A DNA stretch of 64,000 bases from NCBI GenBank assembly GCA_016932215.1, contig JAFGDH010000015.1, positions 38,320-102,319 on the forward strand. Reading direction: 5' to 3'. This stretch comes from Candidatus Aenigmatarchaeota archaeon. GTDB lineage: Archaea > Aenigmatarchaeota > Aenigmatarchaeia > QMZP01 > QMZT01. Numbering within the stretch: the first letter of the stretch is position 1; every line of letters begins with the position of its first letter. Shown piece by piece: positions 51,589 to 61,222 of the stretch. The notes below the pieces were generated by a model. The model did not search any database. It saw only the letters and a program-made list of their open reading frames with translations, and was not told where the DNA came from. A program made the translations under genes and the position numbers.

Positions 51589-52854
51589 ATGGACGACATG
51601 TTCATGGCCACCGTGAGCGGAGACATGGGTTTCGAGCTCGGGGATTTCGCCAGGAAGCCTAAGGGTAAGAAGTCCTACATAACGTGGCACATCGAAGAGG
51701 GCGGGGGATCGATCAACTCCAGCCCGAGAATCAAGGGAATGTACATTTACCTGGCTGCAATGGACGGCTATCTTTACAAGCTCGAGAAGGAGACTGGCAA
51801 AGAGGTCTGGAAGTTCAAGGCGGGCGGCATGTTCTCCGATTCTTACCCCGTTTTCGAAAACGGAATGATATTTCTCGGTTCTTATGATCACAACTTCTAT
51901 GCCATAGACGAGGAAAATGGGACGGAGCTATGGAGGTTCCAGACAGGCGGCAGGATAGACGGATCGTCCGGCCTTCTGATCGGCGGGATGGTCGTTTTCA
52001 CATCCAAGGACTATTACGTTTACGCGCTTGACCAGAAAACCGGAAAAATGGTCTGGACGTTCCGTACGGGCGGATGGTCATGCTCGTGCCCCACCGAACA
52101 CGAGGGAAGGATACTGGTCAGCTCCTCGGACGGGAACATGTACTGCCTTTCGAAAGAGGGGAAGGAACTATGGAGGTTCCAGACGGGCGGAAACATATTC
52201 TCCCAGAACAGGTTCTGCATACACGAAGGGAACGTGTATTTCGGTTCGGACGACTTCAACGTTTACGGCGTCCGGATCTCGGATGGCCGGGAGACCTTCC
52301 GTTTCAAGACAGGCGGGTACGCCAATGTGGTGCCCATAGTCCATGAAGAAATCCTGTATTTCGCTTCAAGCGATATGACCTTCTATGCAGTAGAAATCGG
52401 TACTGGCAGGACGATCTGGAAATTCAAGACAGGTCTCGAAGATGCGGGGAGCAAGGCGGTGATAATAGGGAATAATGTCGTTTTTGGATCATCTGACGGT
52501 TACGTTTACTGCCTCGATTCCAAAACAGGGAAGGAGATATGGCGTTACAAAACGGACGGACACATATTCGGTAGACCCGCTGTGGACGGGGGAAAGATAT
52601 ATTTCGGATCCTACGACTGCCATCTGTACTGCTTAACCACGGAAGGGAAGCTTCTCTGGCGTTTTCAGACGTCCACGCTGAACCAGAACAAATACGAATA
52701 CGAGGAGGACTCTGTGATCGAGTTCAAGCCCCCGGAGATTACCGAGACCGTTGAAGAGGAGAAGGGCAAATACTCATCCCACGAGGCCAGCGTAACCCAC
52801 GAATCAACTTACTCCGTGAAGAGCGAATACGTGTTCAAGAGCGAATACGCATAA
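51589..52854 (+). CDS. PQQ-like beta-propeller repeat protein, paralog 3 (tail ...TYSVKSEYVFKSEYA)
   Basis: 421 aa. N-terminus MDDMFMATVSGDMGFELGDFA and the C-terminal tail match the 7915 paralog. Same repeat pattern. Confidence 0.85.
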   Translation: MDDMFMATVSGDMGFELGDFARKPKGKKSYITWHIEEGGGSINSSPRIKGMYIYLAAMDGYLYKLEKETGKEVWKFKAGGMFSDSYPVFENGMIFLGSYDHNFYAIDEENGTELWRFQTGGRIDGSSGLLIGGMVVFTSKDYYVYALDQKTGKMVWTFRTGGWSCSCPTEHEGRILVSSSDGNMYCLSKEGKELWRFQTGGNIFSQNRFCIHEGNVYFGSDDFNVYGVRISDGRETFRFKTGGYANVVPIVHEEILYFASSDMTFYAVEIGTGRTIWKFKTGLEDAGSKAVIIGNNVVFGSSDGYVYCLDSKTGKEIWRYKTDGHIFGRPAVDGGKIYFGSYDCHLYCLTTEGKLLWRFQTSTLNQNKYEYEEDSVIEFKPPEITETVEEEKGKYSSHEASVTHESTYSVKSEYVFKSEYA

Positions 52855-52894
52855 TGACGCAACTATTTTTAAGTCTAAGCAGTAGTAACATATA

Positions 52895-53551
52895 ATGGCA
52901 GAAGGAAACACCCCTCCCAGGACAAGTTATGAAATCGCTTGCGATGGGCCTAAGCCCGCTTATGCGGAGGTGAGAATGATCGGGCTGGATGATATCAGCT
53001 TTTACAAGGGATTTTCTGATGCTTGGCGCAGGCCCCTTCCGTCGATGCAGGCAAACGCATCAGGAAAAATCGGCCCGCTGAAAGTATCCAGCTACACGGA
53101 ATATGATTTTACGGTTCCGGGGGGATTCTGGGGTGATGTACCGGTTACCATGGATGATCTTTTCGGATTTTTTGGGCCCGGTATGAAAATGGACTGGGAA
53201 AAAGCAAGCACGGGAAGTGACTTTAATGCGCTCCTGAGAGCGGGAATCAAAATGAAGGATTTGAATTACGGAAGGCTGAATCTTGGCAGCTTTTTATACC
53301 CGCTTACTTACCCCGGAAAGGGGAAAATGCTTCATTTCAATGCCGGTTTTGATGTGGGAAATGGGTGCAAAGCAGGCGTAATATACAGGCGCTGGTGGGG
53401 CGACGGAAATGGAGACCGCGATGTCAGGGGTATACAGTTTGAAAAGAAGCTGAAAGGCAATGTTTCATTGGCGGCAAAGGCTTTCAGGTTCCCTGGCAAC
53501 AAGTATCACGGCTTCTTGGGTTTCACTTACCGCAGAAAAGGAAAAAGATAA
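52895..53551 (+). CDS. hypothetical protein (Gly/aromatic-rich, probably beta-rich)
   Basis: 218-aa ORF ending ...YHGFLGFTYRRKGKR. No recognisable family. Confidence 0.45.
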   Translation: MAEGNTPPRTSYEIACDGPKPAYAEVRMIGLDDISFYKGFSDAWRRPLPSMQANASGKIGPLKVSSYTEYDFTVPGGFWGDVPVTMDDLFGFFGPGMKMDWEKASTGSDFNALLRAGIKMKDLNYGRLNLGSFLYPLTYPGKGKMLHFNAGFDVGNGCKAGVIYRRWWGDGNGDRDVRGIQFEKKLKGNVSLAAKAFRFPGNKYHGFLGFTYRRKGKR

Positions 53552-54757
53552 TCACTTCCCGAAAAGAATCTCAACCACTTCCCCGTTGGAGAGCTGGTAA
53601 TCCGCCCCTATCTTCCGCTTCTTCTCGAAATCGATCCCGCCTATGAACTTTTCCGCCATCTCCGTATGGACCTTCCCGGCGAATTCCTTCAGGGTGATCT
53701 TGTCGGGAACAAGAAGGGCGTCCGGTAATACCTTCCCCTTTTTGTTCGTGAGATGGTTGATGTTCGCCACGGGGTAGGCGACTATATATTTCAGTAGCCT
53801 GAAAACGGCCGCGTTAAGGCATTCCTGGACGCCTGTTGACCCGTATTTTTCGAGAACATTTTTCTTCACGAAATCGAGTCCCTGTCTCTGCTTTTTATTC
53901 AGCCCTTCCGGGTTTTTTATCCCGAATTCATTGTCCCCCGGGGTGTACTCGATCAGGCCGTGATGGTCCGCCTCCTTCAATGCGAGTTCGCTCTCCGCGG
54001 AGCAGGGGATGATTATGTAGCCCGGGAACTTATCCTTCAATCTTTTGAGATTCTTTTCCGACCCCGGTACGTCGATCTTGTTCGCAGCGATGATCATCTT
54101 CTTGGAGAGCTTCCGGAGTTCGAAGGAGAATTTTTTCAGGTCCTTTTCGGACCACTGTGCCGGTGTCTCTGCATTCAGTCCGGTTTTTCTGATCGATTCA
54201 GAAACCTGGCTCTCGGTGATCTTTAGGCCGGAGAACTGGATTGTAAGGGACTCAACCAGCTTCTTCTTCTGCATCTCCACGTCCTTCGAGAACTTAGCCC
54301 AGTTCTTCTTCAGAAGACCGAAGAACCATTCCCCTATCTCCGTTTCAAGGAATTCGACGTCCTTCGCCGGATCATACGTCCCCTTTTCCACGGATTCACC
54401 CTGGTCGTTAGTAGACCCGGAAATGTCTATGACATGGATGAATGCGTCCGCCTGTCTCAGATCGTCTAGGAACTGGAGGCCAAGGCCCTTCCCTTCGTGC
54501 GCTCCAGGGACCAGCCCGGCGACGTCCAGCATCTCGACGGGGATGAACCTTATGCCGTCTTTGCAGTAGCCGTGGTTCGGATTGCATTTGCTTCCGATTT
54601 TCGTTTCCGGGCATTCCGCCTTGACGAAGCCCATCGCGTGATTGGGCTTGATGGTCGTGAATACACGGTTTGATATTTCTACATTTGCTAAAGTAGTAGC
54701 TTTAAAAAAAGTACTTTTCCCTGTATTCGTCTTACCTATCATGGCAATTAGGACCAT
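53552..54757 (-). CDS. Obg-family P-loop GTPase/ATPase, YchF/OLA1-like with C-terminal TGS-like domain
   Basis: IAMIGKTNTGKSTFFKATT (G1), MLDVAGLVPGAHEG (G3), AANKID (G4). Confidence 0.85.
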   Translation of the reverse strand: MVLIAMIGKTNTGKSTFFKATTLANVEISNRVFTTIKPNHAMGFVKAECPETKIGSKCNPNHGYCKDGIRFIPVEMLDVAGLVPGAHEGKGLGLQFLDDLRQADAFIHVIDISGSTNDQGESVEKGTYDPAKDVEFLETEIGEWFFGLLKKNWAKFSKDVEMQKKKLVESLTIQFSGLKITESQVSESIRKTGLNAETPAQWSEKDLKKFSFELRKLSKKMIIAANKIDVPGSEKNLKRLKDKFPGYIIIPCSAESELALKEADHHGLIEYTPGDNEFGIKNPEGLNKKQRQGLDFVKKNVLEKYGSTGVQECLNAAVFRLLKYIVAYPVANINHLTNKKGKVLPDALLVPDKITLKEFAGKVHTEMAEKFIGGIDFEKKRKIGADYQLSNGEVVEILFGK

Positions 54758-54809
54758 TCGGAAAACACCTCTTGTAAAGTATTTATTTCTCCTTATATAT
54801 ATTATTAAT

Positions 54810-56189
54810 ATGGATGAGATTCACATTGATCAATTAAAAACAATAAATATAAACGTTAAATTGAAAAATGAATTCTTAAAAAAAATTCTTGATAAAATAA
54901 AAGAAAAAAAGATTACAATACCGTCCATTCATTCAAAGCTAAAACCAAAAATACCATTATTGACATTTAAGTCAATTTTAAAACCTTCTTATAACAATTT
55001 TAGGCCGTTATGGTTAATTTTAGATCTATGTAAAATAGTTGAAATAGATATTAGCGAATTAGAAAAAAATGTAATTTCATACAGAACCAAGAAAGGCAGG
55101 ATTGTTATATCTAAACCTAAACTTCCAATAAAAATTACACCAGTTTTCGATATGATAATTTCTCATATTATGGGTGATGGTCATTGCTTTGATATCGAAG
55201 GAAGAGACCCTTACTTTGGATATATACAATCAAATAATGAATTGTTGTTGAGTTTTCTGATCAAAGTTGAAAGTGTTTTTGGTAAAATTGATTATTCTTA
55301 TGAATATTTTCCGAAATCAAAAAAAATCCATATACCTTCTTCAATTAGTTGTGTTATGATGCAACATTATGGTCTCAAATCAAATGATTTTCTTGAGAAC
55401 AATTCAAGATTACCTTCTAAAATTTTAAATAAAAAGAAAGAATATTTGTTAGGTGTTTTGATAGCTTTCATAATAGATGAAGGACATATTGATTCTTCCA
55501 ACATAGTAATTGGAATGAAAAACAAAAAACTCTTGGAGGATTTGAAATTTATTTGCAAAAAACTTAATTATAATACAAAAATAACCTCAAACAACGAAAA
55601 GAGATTTTTTCTGTATATTTTATCCGATGGTGTAAAAAGTTTATGGGACGATTATTTATCATTAAAGGAAATATATCCTGAAATAAATTTGGGGTACAAA
55701 GAAAAACTTATATTTGATTTTATTTTGAGAAAAAATAAAGAATGGCGAACATTCAAACAGGGTGAATGCAAAAATAGAATTATCGAAATTCTCAATGAAT
55801 TCCCGAGGACTATTATTGAACTATCGAAGATTCTTGAAATTTCAAGACAAGGTGTAAAATATCATTTAAATCGATTGAAAGATATGGAAATAGTTGAAAT
55901 ATACGGTACTGGATATTCAGGAAGTAGCATTTTCAAATTGAAAAAATATCATAAATTTCCCGTCAAAAATAAAGGCAGATGCAGACAATATGATTCTACA
56001 AATAATAAAATTCTTTATATGCTAAAAAATCGAGAAACAACAACAATTGAATTATCGAAAATTCTTAAAATGAGTCGGGAAGCTGTTTACAATTTATTAC
56101 TGAATCTTGAAAATAAGAAAAAAATTATTAGACTCGGGAAAGAAAATAGAAAAATTTTATGGGGAATAAAAAAATCACCCGAAACTTAA
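54810..56189 (+). CDS. free-standing LAGLIDADG-domain protein with two C-terminal winged-helix (ArsR-like) HTH domains, in a strongly AT-rich island
   Basis: Motifs IISHIMGDGHCF and LGVLIAFIIDEGHI. HTH-like TIIELSKILEISRQGVKYHLNRLKDMEIVE and TTIELSKILKMSREAVYNLLLNLENKKKI. The start is set at MDEIHIDQ because the upstream part of the track ORF overlaps the GTPase gene. Confidence 0.75.
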   Translation: MDEIHIDQLKTININVKLKNEFLKKILDKIKEKKITIPSIHSKLKPKIPLLTFKSILKPSYNNFRPLWLILDLCKIVEIDISELEKNVISYRTKKGRIVISKPKLPIKITPVFDMIISHIMGDGHCFDIEGRDPYFGYIQSNNELLLSFLIKVESVFGKIDYSYEYFPKSKKIHIPSSISCVMMQHYGLKSNDFLENNSRLPSKILNKKKEYLLGVLIAFIIDEGHIDSSNIVIGMKNKKLLEDLKFICKKLNYNTKITSNNEKRFFLYILSDGVKSLWDDYLSLKEIYPEINLGYKEKLIFDFILRKNKEWRTFKQGECKNRIIEILNEFPRTIIELSKILEISRQGVKYHLNRLKDMEIVEIYGTGYSGSSIFKLKKYHKFPVKNKGRCRQYDSTNNKILYMLKNRETTTIELSKILKMSREAVYNLLLNLENKKKIIRLGKENRKILWGIKKSPET

Positions 56190-56783
56190 AATCTTTACCT
56201 GCATCCCGTCCTTTCCGGTCACCGGGTAATTCATGAACTCCTTCAGCAGGTTCTTCCCGTTCTTTACCCTGGATATCCCTTCTGCCGTGTACTTCGCTCC
56301 TCTCAATGCGTTGTGGGGATCTGGTTCCGGCGGCATTCCCAGAGAGATCATGATCTCGTTCAGGCTGAACAAAAGTATGCCTTCGTACATTGCCTTGTCC
56401 ATTCCCATTTTTTTGCAGAATATATCGTGAAGATCCAAGACATCCGGAGAAAATGGGAACTTTATACTGAACCTGTCCGCAGTGGATTTCAGGAATGAAT
56501 AATCGAATCTCGTGTAATATCCGCCGATTTTTTTGGTCTTTGTCCTTTTTGCCCATTCCAGAAACTCCTTCAGTAATTCTCCCGGCGTTTTCTTGTTATC
56601 CCTGATCTGCTTTCTCGTGAATCCGTTGATCTTGAGGGCGGTCTTGCTGATGGAAGCGCCTTTCCATATACCGCATTCTCCATAGAACTGGTTTTTGGGA
56701 TTGGATAAATCCAGAGCACCTATACTCAGAATCGAATTCCTTATCGGATCAAGCCCGGTGGTTTCAACGTCCACTATTATCAT
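56175..56783 (-). CDS. DEDD-type 3'-5' exonuclease (DnaQ/RNase T-like)
   Basis: MIIVDVETTGLDP (Exo I), a later GYYTRFDYSFL (Exo II-like), and PHNALRGAKYTAE (Exo III, DEDDh-like). Confidence 0.8.
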   Translation of the reverse strand: MIIVDVETTGLDPIRNSILSIGALDLSNPKNQFYGECGIWKGASISKTALKINGFTRKQIRDNKKTPGELLKEFLEWAKRTKTKKIGGYYTRFDYSFLKSTADRFSIKFPFSPDVLDLHDIFCKKMGMDKAMYEGILLFSLNEIMISLGMPPEPDPHNALRGAKYTAEGISRVKNGKNLLKEFMNYPVTGKDGMQVKILSFG

Positions 56784-59441
56784 TTAACAGACCTTCCCTT
56801 CCATACCGTTGTCTACAGTGACATCCCCTTCGGACGTCTTCAGTTTCTTTCCGTTGTAGAATACCCCGTCTTTCTTCGCGAGAATCTTGAGGTTCCAGAA
56901 TTGCTTGATTTCCACTACCTTCGAAGGCTTCTTTTCGATCCCTTCCGCGAATACACTGGTACCCGGTTTCGCCTTGCTGGTCAGCAGGCCGATCTTGTCC
57001 CCTTCCTCGACCGCAAGAAGCATACCATTGGATTCCTCCCCGCGGAGGTTGGCGGGCTTCAGATTCGATAGGATAACCAGATTCTTTTCTTCCAGTTCTT
57101 CCTTCCTGTAATAAGGCTTTATGCTGGCGATTATCTGCCTTTTCTCTGATCCCAGATCGATACTGATCTTGTAAAGCTTTTCGGCGTTTGGATGGTCTTC
57201 GACGGAGATGATCTTCGCGACTTTAAGGTCGAGAGAGGAGAATGGGTCTAATTTTGTATCTTCACTGAGGATTTCGTACGACCCTCCGCATATTTTCTTT
57301 ATCAGTTCGCACATTGCCCTGAGGGAATCCTCCAGGTATTTGTCGCTCGTTTCCTTGTTTCCCTGGACGTAAAGGAATATATTCTTGGAACTCTTGTCTA
57401 TTTTTGTGTGGTCTCCTTGCTTGACTTCGAGTTTGCACATCACGTTCTGGTCATCGACAACCACGTATTCACCTTTATTGATTTTTTCCTTCTCCTTTGT
57501 TCCGAGTGGAACATAATTCTCGCTTCCGTCCGCTATCTTCAGATGGACGTTGCCTTTGATCTTTGAAACGTCATGTGCCCCCGATGCAACGGAATGCTTG
57601 CATGCGATCATGTTGTAAGCATCAACCACCGCGTTTATGGTCGGGAACTTCCCGCTATTCTTCACGATCTGATGGAGATGCCTTATCGGGTTTTCCGCTT
57701 TTACTCCGACCTTCGCATAAAGTTCCTCGTAAGCCTTTATGATTTTGTCCTTCGAAAGGTCTTTGTTTGCGAATTCCTTCGCGAAACCATCCTTCATCCT
57801 TTCAAGTTCTCCCGCCTTGGACCGTACGTTCACATCCTTCAGCAATGCCGCGCAGAAGTTTATTCCGAGTCCCTTCACTTCCGGGGATACGTCGAATTTT
57901 ATTCCCTTCACTTCCCCCACAGTATCTGCGTTTTTCTTCTCAATGTTCCTGAGCACGATCGCCGGTTCCCCTATCTTATGATCTTTTATTTCCTTCCCGA
58001 GATCTTTCCACCCGATATCCTTCAGGTTAAGCTGCTTCTCAATGGAAGCGCAGAAATCCGGAGTCACCGGCTTCAGGAGAATTATTATGTCCTTTACGAT
58101 GTTCGCAGCGAGGGCGAGCACCTCGTCACACCTCTTTTTATCGTTCTTCGCGAGCACCCAAGGCTGGCTCTCCTGGAAGAACCCGTTCCCTATATCCCCT
58201 ATTTCCAAAATGTTCCGTAGGGCCTTGTCCAGCTTCAGTCCCTCGAACGACTCCTCCGCTTCCCTTACCTTCTCTTTGACGAGGTCGATCGTTTTCTTAT
58301 CCTTGGTAGGATTGATGGAATTTATCCCGGAGCCGGTCTTTTTCACGAAGGACAACGTCCGGTAGCAGAAGTTAGCTATGTTTGAAACAAGCTCGTTGTT
58401 CACCCTCTCTATCATCTCGTCCACCGAGAAGTCCCCGTCGTCCCCGAACGGGATGTTCCTTATCAGGAAGTACCTGATCGAATCCGACGAATACTCTTTA
58501 GCCAGGTAAATCGGATCAATCACGTTGCCTAGCGATTTTGACATCTTCTGACCGTTTACAGTGAGGAATCCGTGAACTATGATCTTTTTCGGGAGAGGGA
58601 TTCCTGCCCCCAGCAGCATTCCCGGCCAGATTCCCGCGTGGAACCTCAGCATGTCCTTTCCCACCGCATGAATGTCCGCGGGCCAGAATTTCGTGTACTT
58701 CTTTTCCGGAAAACCGACACCGGTAAGGTAGTTTGTGAGTGCGTCGCACCAGACGTACATTACCTGGTTCTCATCGCCGGGAACCGGGATGCCCCACGGA
58801 AGATGCTCCTTGTCCCTGGAGAAGCTGACGTCGGTCAATCCCTCTTCAATTAGTCCCAGAAAGTCATTCTTCCATTTTTCCGGCGTTATCTCCAGCTCGT
58901 CGGATTTGACGAGTTCCCTTATCCTGTCGGAATATTTGGAAAGCCTGAAAAAATAATTCTCCTCGGCGATTTTTTGTATCTCCAGGTTCGGGTGATTGGG
59001 GCATTTCCCATCCTCAAGGTCCTTCTCCGTTATGAATCTCTCACACCCGGAACAGTAGAAACCCTCGTATTTCTTTTTGTATATATCACCTTTTCCGGCG
59101 AGTGTCTTCCATATGTTCAGAACGCCGGGCCAGTGAACCTTCCGGTCAGTCGTGCGGATGAAATAGGAATTGGATATTTTCATTACCTTCGTCAGCTCGC
59201 GGAAAAAAGCGGCGTTCTTGTCAACAAACGCCTGGGGGGTGAGTCCCTCTTTCTTCGCGGTCTGGTAATTCTTGGTCCCGTGCTCGTCGGTTCCGGTAAG
59301 GAAGAATACGTCTCTCCCCTTCAGCCCTTCCAGTCGCGCCAGCACGTCCGCCTGGATTATTTCGAGGGCGAAACCTATATGCGGCGGAGCATTGGCGTAA
59401 GGAATGGTCGTGGTGATGTAGAATCCTTTTTTCACGCTCAT
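56784..59441 (-). CDS. metG: methionyl-tRNA synthetase with an inserted B3/B4-like domain and a C-terminal Trbp111/EMAPII-type tRNA-binding domain
   Basis: 885 aa with PYANAPPHIGFALE (HIGH), a zinc knuckle CSGCERF...CPNH, and KMSKSLGN. Residues ~520-740 resemble B3/B4 (FPTINAVVDAYNMIACKHSVASGAHDVSKIKGNVHLKIA...GEYVVVDD). The C-terminus reads LDLKVAKIISVEDHPNAEKLYKISIDLG...ESNGMLLA. Confidence 0.9.
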   Translation of the reverse strand: MSVKKGFYITTTIPYANAPPHIGFALEIIQADVLARLEGLKGRDVFFLTGTDEHGTKNYQTAKKEGLTPQAFVDKNAAFFRELTKVMKISNSYFIRTTDRKVHWPGVLNIWKTLAGKGDIYKKKYEGFYCSGCERFITEKDLEDGKCPNHPNLEIQKIAEENYFFRLSKYSDRIRELVKSDELEITPEKWKNDFLGLIEEGLTDVSFSRDKEHLPWGIPVPGDENQVMYVWCDALTNYLTGVGFPEKKYTKFWPADIHAVGKDMLRFHAGIWPGMLLGAGIPLPKKIIVHGFLTVNGQKMSKSLGNVIDPIYLAKEYSSDSIRYFLIRNIPFGDDGDFSVDEMIERVNNELVSNIANFCYRTLSFVKKTGSGINSINPTKDKKTIDLVKEKVREAEESFEGLKLDKALRNILEIGDIGNGFFQESQPWVLAKNDKKRCDEVLALAANIVKDIIILLKPVTPDFCASIEKQLNLKDIGWKDLGKEIKDHKIGEPAIVLRNIEKKNADTVGEVKGIKFDVSPEVKGLGINFCAALLKDVNVRSKAGELERMKDGFAKEFANKDLSKDKIIKAYEELYAKVGVKAENPIRHLHQIVKNSGKFPTINAVVDAYNMIACKHSVASGAHDVSKIKGNVHLKIADGSENYVPLGTKEKEKINKGEYVVVDDQNVMCKLEVKQGDHTKIDKSSKNIFLYVQGNKETSDKYLEDSLRAMCELIKKICGGSYEILSEDTKLDPFSSLDLKVAKIISVEDHPNAEKLYKISIDLGSEKRQIIASIKPYYRKEELEEKNLVILSNLKPANLRGEESNGMLLAVEEGDKIGLLTSKAKPGTSVFAEGIEKKPSKVVEIKQFWNLKILAKKDGVFYNGKKLKTSEGDVTVDNGMEGKVC

Positions 59442-59602
59442 TCCAATATTTTGGAATATTATGTTAAAAATCTATTCTCCGGGGGAAACTGAACCTTTCC
59501 CGCTAAGATCAATTTTTTAAGAATAACAATTTACTATAAAGATTAATCGTTTTACAACATGAACTGATTGATAATAGTTGTACTTCGAAATCGGGTGATC
59601 CC

Positions 59603-61222
59603 ATGATGGAGCAGCTCAAGGACATGATCAGGAAGGCAAGCCGGGCAAAGGAGATAATAGACGCGTGTTCCGACCAGATTAAGGTCGTTTCCCACTACGA
59701 CGCCGACGGCATCTGTTCGGCAGCGATAATGACGAAGGCCCTGATCAGGAGAGGCAAGGATTTTCATTTGGCTTTCATACAGCAGATAAACGAGGACATA
59801 CTTATGGAGCTGGAGGCGGAAAAGAGGAAAGTAATAATATTCCTCGACCTCGGTTCCGGTTACCTGAACGACATAAAGAATTACCTGAACGATTCTGACG
59901 TGATCATATGCGATCACCACCAGCCCGTCGGCGATGCCGGTCGAAATGTTACCGAGATAAATTCCGTGTCTTCCGGCATAGACGGCAACATTTCCGGCGC
60001 CGGCGTGACTTATCTTCTCGCGAGGACGATGAGCAGCGAGAACATCGATTTGGCTTCCCTCGCTATCGTGGGTGCGATAGGCGATTCACAGATAGACTCC
60101 GTCGGGAAGGACTGGGGCCTGAACGGCCTCAACATGGAGATAGTAAAGGACGCCGAGAACAAGGGTAAGCTTAAGGTCTCCAAGGGCCTCCGCATATGGG
60201 GTAGGTATTCCCGCCCTTTGCACAAGGCCCTCCAATATTCGATCGATCCTTACATACCCGGTATTTCAGGCTCCGAATCCTCAGCGGTCCAGTTTCTCAC
60301 GGAGATAGGAATCCCGGTAAAAAAGAATGACGGCGAATGGAACACGATATCTGACCTGACGATCGACCAACAAAAGAGGCTGGCCACGGAAATAATAAAG
60401 GAAAGGATACGGGGGAATCATAACGACCCAGACGTCGTTTTCGGGGACGTTTACGAGCTTCTAGACAAGCCCGGAATATTCAGGGATGCCAGCGAGTTCG
60501 CTACCGTTCTGAACGCGTGCGGAAAGATGGACAGGGCGAGCCTTGGCGTATCCGTCTGCCTGAACAGGCCAGACTCCTTCGAGGAGGTCAAGAAGGTTGT
60601 TGAAAAGTACAGGAGCGAGATCGGAAAGGCCATATCATGGATATACAGGCAGATAGACAAAAAGACGGAAAGGATAAGGATAATGAACGGGGTTTACATA
60701 CTCGCCGGCGACGCGATATCCGAACACTTCATCTCGAATGCCACGTCGACCGTCAGCCACTCCGGGATACTCCCGGACAAGCCCATCTTCGGTCTCGCTA
60801 ACGCGGAGAGGGGCATAAAGATATCGGCAAGGGCCAGCCAGGAACTCGTTGACAAGGGGATGCGGCTGAACGAGATAATGAATACAATCGCTTCTAAATA
60901 CGGAACCGAAGGCGGCGGCCACATGGCGGCTTCCGGTGCGACCATCCCTGCGGGAAAGGAGGAGGAATTCATAAAGATGACCGAGGAACTCATATCCGTC
61001 CGGGAAGACGGAAAAAAAGAGGAAACGGAAGCGAAGGAGCCGGAGGAAAAACAGGAAGATGCCGCGGATAAAGCTAATAAAGATGAGGAAGTAATAAAAA
61101 CAGATAACTTTATAATATATGACAACAAAAATAAGGAATTCGAAAGCAAGGAACCCATCGATCTTTCGAAGATAGACATGGAAGGTAATGAAAATGGGAA
61201 TGAAGGGAAAACCCAGGCTTAA
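59603..61222 (+). CDS. archaeal RecJ/Cdc45-like DHH phosphoesterase (GAN-like) with an acidic C-terminal tail
   Basis: VVSHYDADGICSAAI (motif I), IICDHHQ (DHH), DHHA1 GGGHMAASGATIP. The last ~80 aa are E/K/D-rich. Confidence 0.85.
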   Translation: MMEQLKDMIRKASRAKEIIDACSDQIKVVSHYDADGICSAAIMTKALIRRGKDFHLAFIQQINEDILMELEAEKRKVIIFLDLGSGYLNDIKNYLNDSDVIICDHHQPVGDAGRNVTEINSVSSGIDGNISGAGVTYLLARTMSSENIDLASLAIVGAIGDSQIDSVGKDWGLNGLNMEIVKDAENKGKLKVSKGLRIWGRYSRPLHKALQYSIDPYIPGISGSESSAVQFLTEIGIPVKKNDGEWNTISDLTIDQQKRLATEIIKERIRGNHNDPDVVFGDVYELLDKPGIFRDASEFATVLNACGKMDRASLGVSVCLNRPDSFEEVKKVVEKYRSEIGKAISWIYRQIDKKTERIRIMNGVYILAGDAISEHFISNATSTVSHSGILPDKPIFGLANAERGIKISARASQELVDKGMRLNEIMNTIASKYGTEGGGHMAASGATIPAGKEEEFIKMTEELISVREDGKKEETEAKEPEEKQEDAADKANKDEEVIKTDNFIIYDNKNKEFESKEPIDLSKIDMEGNENGNEGKTQA

